Below are positions 39,083-51,120 of a stretch of DNA of 64,000 nucleotides, one piece after another; within the stretch, counting starts at the first letter, position 1; every line of letters begins with the position of its first letter. The notes under the pieces were generated by a model, which saw only the letters and a program-made list of their open reading frames with translations, was not told the DNA's origin and made no database searches. The position numbers were made by a program, and so were the translations under genes. Source of the DNA: Epiperipatus broadwayi (lineage: Eukaryota; Animalia; Onychophora); NCBI GenBank assembly GCA_028023455.1, contig JAQFVV010000005.1, positions 930,001 through 994,000 of the forward strand, given 5' to 3'.

Positions 39083-39600
39083 TACAGAGGATTTGAATAC
39101 AGACTTTCAAGCTCCTTCAATCATCCACTGTATCTCATACAACCTATACACATGACCATACATGTGAAAAAGATGAATGAATTTCATGTTTCGTGTTGGT
39201 ACAAATCATCATCTCCTGCACACATATACCAATCTACCCTACACTTCAACTCTTCAGTCATCCATATCATTGAAAATCTGATGATGGAACACCCAAATCT
39301 TTTGTTGGAGGGTAGAGTAGATTGAAGTCTGTCCGTTAAAGTGTGAAGATTTGCTATCTTAATATAAACAGTACTGATTATATATAGGTGTGGGAGATTA
39401 TGATCTGGACCAGCTGTTGAGTGCTGGTTCAGCACGAAATACATATACGTATTGGAGATCATTTATCTTTTTCACATGTGAGTTGTCATGTGTATTGGTT
39501 GTATGAGATAGAGTGGGTGACTGAATGAGCCTGAAATTCTGAGTTCAAATCCCCTACATTACATCTAGATTCTAGGTTATATAAAATATACTTGTATTTA
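39083..39600. mobile_element. Third HHR-bearing element, fold-back insertion
   Basis: Inverted arms ~39085-39240 and ~39375-39558. 17-bp TSD aaattgtctatatataa at 39066-39082 and 39601-39617. Confidence 0.85.
39400..39462 (+). ncRNA. Type I hammerhead relic (A6>U core change)
   Basis: ATGATC tgga CCAG / CTGTTGA / GTGCTG gtt CAGCAC / GAAA / tacatatac GTA / TTGG a GATCAT. Stem I with an internal loop and a perfect 6-bp stem II. Confidence 0.75.
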
Positions 39601-42349
39601 AAATTGTCTATATATAAAAATGAACCAGTACTAGTGTCACATGACTTTTTGTACATGCTTATCTCACATTTCCAAGAGCAGTTATATAAAGACTTAACTG
39701 TTAGCTTAAGTAATCAATGAATTCCAGATGGTATAGGTTCATAATATTCCCAAATTAGTTTTTAGTTTTTGCCAGCATCAGTTAGAACTAGGATTCAAAC
39801 AGGGACTAATGCATTTATGCTTCTAACAATCATATTTTACTCCTTTATATTATTTAAGCTTATATGCTAAAATTCAAAAAAGTTCTATCGTTTTGGCGTT
39901 TTAATTATAATTTTTTTTTGTCCTTATTAATTTGATCTCTAATGGTGATTCATTTTATGTAAAATATTTATTGGTAATTTTGTATATTATGTGAGGATAT
40001 TTTTTTGTATTCAAAAAGAATATTTCTGTGTTATATGGAAAACAGATTGAGTTAATAGAAAATTAGTGGTGTTAGATTTGATTATTTAATATTCTTTTAA
40101 TATAATTTATTCTACCATGTCAATATTTAGAAATAGATAATAAACTTAACAAGCCCTTTGCATTAAGCTTACATATAATAATTATAAAGAAATGACATTC
40201 TCAAATGTATTAAACATATAAATCATAGAAAATCATTGGTTAAGAAAATGTGCAAAATGATTAAAAAAATACTTCATCAGAAATATATGTATGCATTTTT
40301 ATTATAAAATTTGTAAAGTTTGAATGGCTTTATTTGATTCTGTTCTAACTTCATATTGTGTTTATGCAAGTGCATGTGTGTAGATCTTTTGTATGTGTGC
40401 ACAGATTTTGTATATATAAGAAAATACAAATGTAATGTCCTTTTCCTCCAAATAGATATCCTTAAACCTCTGCCAGACGCATTTTAAAAATTGTCTGAAA
40501 AAGAAATGAGGTTAATTGCAGTTTTAAATTAAGGAAACTACAAACTAATAATTGCAGTTTAGTTCTATGAAATTAGGAAAAAAAAAGTTTAATTTATTGA
40601 GAGAAAAGAAGGCAGATACTTAATACTATATTTTAATAATGTATTATTTTATAATAATAGCTTTAAATTGGAGATTGGTAGAATAAATTAAGGCTGTGGC
40701 AATCAATGATAGGCAAGCATCTATTTAGCCCAATCACCTTAATGATATGTAGTTAATTAATATTCAAGTTAATTAATAAAGTTGGATTTCTTAAAAATAA
40801 TTTTTTACCCCAAATATTTAGTAATCTGTAAATGATAGATTTATTATTTTCTGAGTAGCTGTTAACCAACAACAAAAGAAGTTTGTAAGTAATAGTTTTT
40901 AATCATAATCTTTGATAATATGCAATCACACAATAATGTAATTCCTCATATCAAGAGATAATGTATAATAAGTTGTCTACTGGAAAGCATGTTAGCAATA
41001 AGCATTGGGATCAAGCCAGAAAGAATAACCAAGATAGTAATTTGGCATTATAGTCCCCTAACTCATTTGTTCAATTAATATGTTTTCAGTAAAATTGATT
41101 CCAAGGAGTCTACTTAATAAGTAATAAAAAACTTCTTAATTTTAATGGTAATATGATATATATAAATTGTCATAGTTAACAAATGTGAATTTTTTAAATT
41201 TATTTTTGAGTAAAGCAGATAATCTTTGTATAAAATAAGATTTTATTTTAATTTATGGTTAGTAATGGAGACAACTGTCAAGGTTCTTTTTTTTTTAATA
41301 CTGATCTCATAAACTTTGTCATAGCTTACAATTCAGAAATTGGTTGCTATTTACACATTAATATTTTATTTCATATAGAATTCACTAAAGTATTGATGTG
41401 CTTTGATTACTATATAACAACAAAAATTCTAACATGTACCATTCAAGATTTAATGCATTATAATAAATATTTGGAATAAAAACTTTTTATCTTACTGAGA
41501 CATTTTAAATACTAGAAAGACTGACGAAATTCTCAGTATAAGATTGTACGTTGCCTAGTAGGAATCTAATTACTTGATTGACTCTAAAGTTAATCTTTTG
41601 TTAAGGATTACAAATATTTGGTTGTAAATAATTGTTTTTCATTACTGGCAGCTAATACTTTATGATATTAAATGCAGATGTTTGTAAAGAATGATGCTAC
41701 TTTGCCATAGTATAGTGCAGAGCATCTGGTATTCAAAAGTTATTTAAAGTAATTCAGGAAAACAAAAGATGGAGAATCATGTAAACATTTGTTATGGATA
41801 GATAAGTGAGAATAAATACATCAGTTTTTGAGAGAATTAGCAGAGAGGAGAAGAGGGAGTCAAACTATAACACTTTTACAACTACCAAGTCTTCGGGCTA
41901 GGCTTGAGTTTTTGATGTTATGATAGTCAGGTCTTTGTCCTTTTGTATCGCCATAAAATGGTAATTTTTCAGAATATCCTATGATATGCTTGGCTTTTTC
42001 CTTACATTTACCACAATGCATCCATGTATTTTGTTGCTGATCTAGTCATTTAATCCTTAATCGTAGTCTTTCTTAATAAAAGAAGTCAAACTTTAAATTA
42101 GAATGAATTGGTCATTCGAATTTCCAAGATCATGTGTTTTACTTACTTAGTTATTTTATTTACTACCTAAGATATTCTTAAAAACCTTTACTAAATCATG
42201 AGATATGGTCATTTTATTTGTTATCTAAGATATTTTTAAAAATCTTTAATAAATCATGGCAACTAAACCTCTATTGAATTTTTTTATTGCATTATTTTTT
42301 TCCCCATAGATTTGTATAGAATATATTAGCCTGAACAATTCTTTGTTCT

Positions 42350-42740
42350 TAATGATAACTTTGCAGAACTGTCCAAATATTAAAAGGTTAAAAGTAATAA
42401 ATTTATATAACAAATTCTAATTTACTGAGCACTAAAAAGCCAAAACATAATTTTCTTCAACCATAATTAGGGATATTTATATTTAACTTCAAATAAAAAT
42501 ATGCGTATGTCCAGAAATTAATTAATTTAATCACTAATTTTTACAAGTAATCGAATTAATTAAATTCTGGACATTTCATACATTTATTTCAAGTTAAATA
42601 TAAAAAACCCAATTTTTGGTTGAAGAATATAATTATTATTTTTTTGCTTTTTAATGCACAATAAATAAAAAAAAAGATTATAAAATATTTTATAAATATA
42701 TTTTAACTTTTTAGTATTTGCACAATAAGTAAAATTATTT
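42350..42740. repeat. ~390-bp imperfect palindrome (fold-back/MITE-like)
   Basis: ttcttcaacc..atttaactt.aaataaa..tgtccagaa.ttaattaatt mirrored by aattaattaaattctggaca..tttatttcaagttaaatat..ggttgaagaa. Centre ~42540. Confidence 0.8.
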
Positions 42741-45700
42741 GTTATATATTATTTTTAATTTATTAGTATTGGGATATTTTTCATAATTATTTCAATTTTA
42801 ATTAAAATGAAAAAATAAAAACAATGACACAGGGGTGTATAATATTTGAAAGAAAATTGTGCATTAAAATTTAATTCCAATATTATTTTGTTTATGGAAG
42901 AGCATTTTTACATGTTCTTATTTTAGTAGCTACAAAATAACTTATTTTGAGGTGATTTGGGTTTTATAATGGCACTGCTATTGTTTTTGGATTTTCTTCA
43001 CAATTCTGTGGTTATCTATAAGTTAATTTATCGTACAGAGGGGTTTTCTTTTATTGCTAGAAGTCATTATTTAAATTAGTTAAAATTAAATCTGAAGATA
43101 TTAGTATTATATAGACTTCTAGAAAATCAGAATGTTAATTTGCATATAAAACAAGGCAGCAGGCACCTATTTTGATCTCAACACAAGCGACAATTTCTGA
43201 TTTGTAGATTGTTTGGCCTGAAGGCAAATTTTGAACATATCTTTTTGGGGAAAAAAATTTGTAATTTTCAGTAATTGTTCACATATTTAAGCTTATTTAT
43301 ACAAAATATTTATTTTAAACCAAAAAACCTACATGAATACAATCAGATTTTATCTAAAAATATTTGTTCTTAAGATGACAAGTCATAAAAAACTTAATTA
43401 TGGCTAAGTGGAAGCAATTTTTACTGGCTAATGAGAATGGCCTTTCTTGTAAAATTTTAATATAATAAATTAAATTTTGAATTTTAAGATATATTTAAAT
43501 TTTTTTTACAATGTCTAAGCTAAAATTCATTTCTCTTTTAAAAATGGAATCAAATAAATATTTTTTTTCTACAATTTTTATGAATTGACAACATTATGTC
43601 CAATAACAAAAAGCATCATTGTTGTAGCTAAGAACTATGTTTAATACTTCATTTTTCTATTTTGGAAAGTTCAGATATTAATTTTTAGAATATTTATTGT
43701 TTGAAAGCTTATATTTGTAATAAATAATCTAAAGAAGATCAATATATGATATAAAAAAGAGGTTTAATTGTAAAAATAAGATTTTGCAAATATGGACATT
43801 CTCACTGAGGTCTTTCAAATAAGGGACGAATTGAATCCGGAACTGGCTAAAAAAGAAATTTTTACAATCAAGAGTAATTAAGATTTGTTTTTATTTCTAT
43901 TAGAATTTATATATATTTTAATATATTGCCCTTATACGCATTATTTCAACATGCTTGAAATGTAGTCCATTAACACAATTGCAATAAATAAATAAGGGAA
44001 CTATCCTGAAATATTTTATTGTCATATTACATTGTCATCAATTTTTAACTTATTTACAAAATTTGAAGGAAATTATTTGATAGAAGTATGCTAAACTTTA
44101 GGCTGATATTTGAATGTAATATAAAATTTATTCTAAATGAACAAAGTGTCTAAGTTTAATAAAAGCATTTAATAATAAAATTGCATATCTTTTAATTATA
44201 GATTTATATTTTGATTATATTTAGTCTCATTTAAGACATTGATGTAAACATAATTATCAATTACAATCACAATGTATGTTATAATGCTAACGGAGCATAT
44301 AAAATCTTTGGATATTATTTGGATTTAATGATCTTCATAGTGTTTCTTTTTTCCTCATAAAGATGGCCAACTTTTCACCACTGACAAGATAACAAAGATG
44401 CTGGTATTATAAGCATCTTTATTATTTAGCAGATAAGATTATATGAAGTGCCTGCATTGAACACTTAATAGAAGATTGGACTAAAGATACTTAGAGAACA
44501 TTAGAAAGAGATACAGCTAAAGGGCTGATAGAAATGGAAAAGCTTTCAAGTGATAAAGGAAGGAGGGAACTATTAAATTTTTTAAATTAATTACTTAGCA
44601 TGAGATGTGTGTAATGCTTTATCTTTTTATTCATTTGCATCCCTCTTGGCATCATAACTTATGCTAATTCCTAGCATGTTTAGTGTGATGATGAAGTACC
44701 AGACTCAAGAATTAAAGATCTGTTGTTCAAAATTTAATTCTGGCCTTTCAGGTACTCATACATTATATGACCTAAAACAACAAATTATTTGATTACCTAC
44801 ACAGTTCATTATTTCTTTAACCAGTATTGTGAATTTAATTTCCTATTTCTATTTTGTCTAAAGGATTTTTAAGACCTAGAAAGAAATGATGCAGGCAGTT
44901 TGTGTAAGAGATTGAGATGTTTATAATGCTTTATTTTCTCATTATCATTTGTATTTGCTTCACTTTCTTATATAATTTTTTCAATTCATTTTCTTTTCTG
45001 TTCTTTCATCTTCAGACAAAATTCTTTTTATTAAGAAGATTGGAAGGAAAAGGTGGGATGGGCAGCTTTTATGTTTAATTTTTTATTTGAATAACTTTAT
45101 TATAAAAATAAGGATTTAACATGCTTTATTTCTCTGCCTTTTTATTAATGGTATAAGTGAGATATTTGCACTTATTATCTGATGAGGTTTGAGCAGTTTT
45201 CCATCTTTGTTTTACCTTTTAGTAAAAAATAAGTAGATATCTATTTATCAACCAATATAGTTTTATTGGATTAACTATAGTAGCTAAAGAAAAGTCCAAG
45301 GCCTGTGATAATGGATGAATAAATGATCAATTATTGCATGTTTTCATTTGTAGTATCTGCCTGTGCCATAGACATGGAGACCCAGTGCCTTATTTGCATT
45401 GGCAGATTTGTTTTGTAGAGAAAAATAAATGGTTTGGTTTTTGAAATAAGCTAAAGTGGGCTAATCTCCACCTAACAATAACCAGATACTTATTTTCAAC
45501 CATTGAAGAAATAATTGAATGGTTAGTTGCTCAGAAGGTCATTCTACCATTGCACTAAACTGCAAAGGGTTTTATGACTATTTACTGTGGTTGGTTTTGG
45601 AATGGTGAATACCTGAAATTCTCAATTGTATGGCTTCAGTCCAGATTTGAACCTTAGATTGTGGACATAGCGGATATATACTACAGGCATATGTATGCAT

Positions 45701-45980
45701 ATAATGTTTGTGAAATATCTAATTGTTATATCATATTGAAAATTTTACTGATTTGGAATTTGTGCATAGACAGTTTTCAGCTTTTATTATGAAATTTGAG
45801 TAAGGTATATTTTTGTTCAGTTTTACAAATTAAAAGCTGTTTTTTTTTCTTCTTTTTTTTTTTTTTATGCAACCCATCTGTTATTTTATCAAAATAAAAT
45901 AAGTTGACTTTAAATTTGTTTATAAAGTTATACTTGACTAAAAATGGAATCTATTTATTACTGTTTGTTTACTATTTCAG

Positions 45981-45999
45981 GAATATAAAGTACATATCT
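45981..45999 (+). other. Candidate 19-nt micro-exon
   Basis: ctgtttgtttactatttcag | GAATATAAAGTACATATCT | gtaagt. Splice-signal match only. Confidence 0.3.
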
Positions 46000-48424
46000 G
46001 TAAGTATTGTACAATTAAGAGTAATCGAAAGTGGTTAAAAGTAAATATTTTGCCTTAACATATAAGAGCCAAATGATGCTGTGAACCTTCATTTACTAAA
46101 ATTCATAAATTGGATTTATTATTTTTTGTATGTGCATGATATACATATGTTTATATGTGGGTATTAAAATTAATTTTTGTTAATGAAGAAACTAATCCAG
46201 AAAGTCTTACATAATCGCTTACTATTAGAATTTATTGCAAGATGTATACTTTTTGAAAATGTCTTCCATTATTAATTAAATAATGTGGATAAAATTCTCA
46301 TTAAGCATTCAAGAGAGTGTGGCTAATTTGGGATTTTATATCCATTCCTTCCACTAACTACAGAAATGCGTTTGGAAGCTAGATATTTAGCATAATTAGT
46401 AGATAGATTGACTGAAATAGAAATATATACCAATGTAATATTTTTTCGTTATATTGATAAAGTTCCAAGGAAATGGATACGAATATATGATAGCTTGTTG
46501 ATTGTTTCATAAACCTGTGAGGAGAAATATTGGTTTTATCTTAGTTTAAAAGGATTCAAATTTATCTAGAGTATAGGACTCCCAAACTTGTGAAATGTTT
46601 CAAGATTGATATTCTTAAGGAAGACGACTATATTGTCTGAAATTGGGAGAATGATAATTTAGAAGAAATGATGATTGGAAATCAGTGCTTTTTTAGAGAT
46701 TTATTGACATTATAGGCATTTATAATCAAAAACAAAATCATCTCAAATATCTATAGGAATCAATGCAGTTTGAATATTTTATAAAAACATTCCATTGTGA
46801 GCATGCAACAATTTTACATCAAAAATAATAAAAAATTAAGGAGTATAATGTTACCAAGTATTTATTAGAACTTTATGATATATTTGCAATTTTGCTATTT
46901 TCTGGTTTGATGTATAATTGGGGGGGGGGGGCAAGAGAATAAGATTTGGTAGATAGTTGACTGGAAGTTTGTCATACTGACAGATGAATTGACATGTCCA
47001 CAGTCATTGCAAATGTTTAATTTGTATAATCATTAGGGGGTGGGACTGCCCTCTTTTAATTTTACACGATGAGATTGTAATGTAAAGTTGTTTTTAATCT
47101 GTGTCTGGCAATTGTTTTTCAAAGTGCACCACAACTATAGACTATGAATATTTTTGATATTATATTTATCCCATGATGCAAATATTGTCATTCAATACTA
47201 GTTTGTCAAGATGATAAAGTTCCAATTTCATTCACCCCATGTTTTGAAAAGCATGAGAATGTTACCCCCCAATCTCTCTTGGCCTATTCAATTACCTAAT
47301 TTGAATATGATTTTTGTAACTGTGTGGTTAAATCTTTGAGATTTTTCTCTGCAAAGAATAGTTAATTTATTCCTCTAGATTGTTCAAATGTTACGTAATT
47401 CCATTCCAGAGTGTCTGTTGCAGTTAGTGACCCTACATCGTAATGAGATATCACATGAAGACTATTTTATCCGACCCATGTATATGCTTCACATTACATT
47501 AGTTTTATTAATAAGTTTGTATATAGATACTTTGCTACTACAATCTTTCTATTCAACTATGTAAAATTGTATAAGTTAGTGGATACAAGATGGTAATGCA
47601 GACTCGTGATAAGTTTATCAAATCGCTTATTTTATAATAGTAGTTTGATGGAATGAAGTGAAAAATAATATTGCTCACGTGATTGGAATAATTATAGGGA
47701 ACACATGTTTATTTTGTGTTAAATGGCCTATTCTGCTTTAGTAAAAATTGAGGAACCGTTTCTGTTTATAAAAACTATATCTTAAACTATATCCTATCTC
47801 ACAATTAAGGTAAAATATCTTTGTTTTTGTTTGATTTTGTATAAAGTTTCAAAACAATTACTCTTTGTAAGAACAAGTGAGTAAGAACATGTGAGTTTTA
47901 AGAAAATGCTGCGAACAGTAATTGAAGATTAAAATTCTGCAAAAATAATTGTTTCACTATAGGAACTTCTTAAAACCAGTTTTTATCTTTTTGAGAAAAT
48001 AATTTTTTTTATTCCTTTTAGATGAGATGAAATGGCACTTAATCCATGTTTCACTTTTTTTTTTTTTAAAAAAAAACTAGTCTGATTTTAAAAGAAAAAA
48101 GCAAATGAAGTTTTTGTTAGAGCATTTTTTTGTTTTAATTGCGTTTTATTTGCCCACTAAAAACATAACAAAACAACACATTATTTTCTATAATATAGTG
48201 AATACATATTGATTTAATATTTTTTTTTTTTTTTTTTAAAAAGGGAAGAACATTGTTGAAAAAAATTAGTAAAGGAAAGAGGTTAAATGAAAGTGGAATT
48301 TGATTGGGCATGTACTTAGAATTCATGAAACAGCTAAAAATATAGAGAAGCTATAATATGTTATGGGAGAGTGAGGTATAAGTTGTAGCAAATTACCATC
48401 AATAATAAATAAAAATAATTGAAT

Positions 48425-48532
48425 GGTAAGCTCAGGAGTTCATAAAAAGTTTGATTGATAGAACTGGACTGTGATTCCAGAATCTTATGAACCAGTCCGC
48501 TACTCTTGTCAATGCACCAAACCACACAGGGC
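48425..48532 (-). mobile_element. tRNA-derived SINE-like copy (same family as 8595-8985)
   Basis: Minus strand reads cctgtgtggtttggtgcattg...ttatgaactcctgagc. Confidence 0.6.
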
Positions 48533-49206
48533 CCCATCAATTATAAGAATGTGTACTCATTTAATAATATTGTGTTGCTTTGCTATGTCCACTTTATTTT
48601 GCATTGGAAAATGAGAGGGTCATTAGAAGAGATAAAATAAACAAAAAGTTGATTGGTGATCATTAGAAAAGGAATATTTGAGTGTTTGAAAGACTAAGGC
48701 ATTTTGATTGATGTGTGGGACTTATGTTTGAGCAGACACCTAATGATGATGGATGTTATTTAACAATGTACAAATTATTCTGTTACGGAAATTTATTATT
48801 TACTAACTTATATCAAAAAATGTAATAGACTTAAGGACAGTTTGGTGCAGCGGTGGGCTTCATCTAAAGATCCATATCAGTGCAGCGGAATTATTTCATT
48901 TTTGATGATAAGACTTTTTATAAACTCTTAAGCAATAAGTTATTTGATTATACTTTTGTAAAATATTGATAATAGCAGTTGAAAAGCATAAGATATCTAT
49001 TATATAAGTATATTCATGACTCAAGTTCATTAATGGGAAAAATATCATATAATAGTGGTACTTATAGAGAATTTACTGCTGTTGTGTGCAGATACACAAA
49101 TATATTTCAAAGGACATTTATATTTTTGTTAATATATTTTTATAGGAAGTGTTAAGATTTTGTTAGTAAAACAAACTTATTATAAATCTTTCCTATATTT
49201 TGTAAG

Positions 49207-49290
49207 ATACCATATAATACTCAATTGTCCAAGCACTTTACTAATGGTAAAAGTAGTAAAGTGCTTGGACAATTAAGTATTGTATGGTAT
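49207..49290. repeat. 84-nt near-perfect hairpin
   Basis: 37-nt arms 49207-49243 and 49254-49290 (one G-U pair, one mismatch) with a 10-nt loop. Confidence 0.9.
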
Positions 49291-49886
49291 ACATTTGGCA
49301 ATGCAATAAGGAAAGAGTAGTTATTTTGTAAGATGTAAGCTGTGATCTTATTCCTGTAATAGAGTTTTTTTTTTTCAGCAAGGTGTTGCTTGTACGTAGA
49401 TTCTTATTTTTTAATGTAGTTTATTTTTTTCAAATGAAAAGGAACTTTGGGTTATATGAATCTTCAATTCCTTAAGAAACATTCATTTTGTCAGTGTTCA
49501 GATTTTTAAAAGTTATTGTAATAGCAAATTATGATGTCGATTGACTGTCACATAATAGTTCTGATGAATAGCATTTGATCATCATAATTTGGTTATTTGC
49601 AATCTCCTTAACACAATTCTATCTTAGCATATTTAGTTACTAAATTATTAAGATCCACTATTAATACTCTATCATAAAATAATACATTCACAAATTGTTA
49701 TCATTATTTTTAAAAAAAAAAAAATTGAATATTTTTAAGCCCCCCCCCCCTTTTTTTTTTTAAAAAAAAGTTTTTTTAATAAAATTATTTATATAAAATA
49801 AAATGCTTAGAAAAGAAATATTTATTAGCACAAAGAATATTTGAACCACAGATATTCAAATTCTTATTGCAATGATATAATATCTT

Positions 49887-50976
49887 ATAAACAAAGCAAA
49901 ACTCTCCATACAGTATTGCCACCCTGTGCCAACCAGAGTAATCAATGAATGCCAGAAGGCTTGTGCATAAAATCCCTATCTAATGCCTACTCATCCAATA
50001 TTGCCAGACTAGTTTCTGGTTTGTGGTCATCGTCAGTGAGGAGCTTTGGATCTGAGAGCACTGCACCTAGATCTTAGCATCTAGTGCAACCCTCCAGCAC
50101 TCACCTTTTATCTCTACTTAATATGAGAATGAAATTGAAAACACAAAAAATATTTTCAATCTAAGTTCAATAGCTTATATAGTCATATGGGTCTGAACTC
50201 AGTTCAGCACCCATACATTTTGGTGTCTTTGGCTCTTTAACAACCATAGCCACCACTATCCTATTAGGCAGGATTGGTGTTAAACCATTAAGCATCACAT
50301 GATCACTATCGTATACTAGCGCATAATTGTTTATAAACAAAGCAAAACTCTCCATACAGTATTGCCACCCTGTGCCAACCAGAGTAATCAGTGAAATGCC
50401 AGAAGGCTTGTGCATAAAATCCCTATCTAATGCCTACTCATCCAATATCCCCAGACTAGTTTCTGGCTTGTGGCAATCTTCAGTGAGGAGCTTTGGATCT
50501 GAGAGCACTGCACCTAGATCTTAGGATCTAATGCAACCCTCCAGCACCCACCTTTTATCTCTACTTAACTACAAAACTATGAGACACCAAAATGTATGGG
50601 TGCTGAACTGAGTTCAGATCCGTATGACTATATAAGCTGTTGAGCTTAGATTGAAAATATTTTTTGTGTTTTCAATTTCATTCTCATAGTTTTGTAGTTA
50701 AGTAGAGATAAAAGGTGGGTGTTGGAGAGTTGCATTAGATCCTAAGATCTAGGTGCAGTGCTCTCAGATCCAAAGCTCCTCACTGACGATGGCCACAAGC
50801 CAGAAACTAGTCTGGGGATATTGGATGAGTAGGCATTAGATAGGGATTTTATGCACAAGCCTTCTGGCATTCATTGATTCTGGTTGGCACAGGGTGGCAA
50901 TAGTGTATAGAGAGTTTTGCTTTGTTTATAAACAATTATGTGCTAGTATAAGATAGTGATCATGTGATGCTTAATA
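49887..50976. mobile_element. Retrozyme-like fold-back array (~1.55 antisense monomers + sense arm)
   Basis: Unit starts at 49889 and 50335; switch at ~50583 (aga microhomology). Intact sense HHR CTGACGA 50783-50789, GAAA CTAG TC 50803-50812. Perfect 12-bp TSD atataatatctt at 49875-49886 and 50977-50988. Confidence 0.95.
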
Positions 50977-51029
50977 ATATAATATCTTCTGAATAAATAA
51001 TTGAATGGATATATTGCTCAGATCATAAA

Positions 51030-51120
51030 TAATTTGAATACCAAAAGTCATGGAATTTTGGGTCTGATCTATTGATATTAAGTCTTAAAATCTCCCACTC
51101 TACCAATGCACCAAACTATT
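51030..51120 (-). mobile_element. Decayed tRNA-derived SINE-like copy
   Basis: Minus strand reads atagtttggtgcattggtagagtggga..., matching the 8727 unit head. Confidence 0.45.

Noticed and set aside
39184-39462. 92-aa ORF on the minus strand
   Set aside because: It spans the fold-back junction of the HHR element and has no recognisable motif.
48828-48900. Exon after a TACTAAC branch-point-like motif
   Set aside because: No pyrimidine tract or donor; the sequence resembles the decayed SINE head (tttggtgcagcggt).
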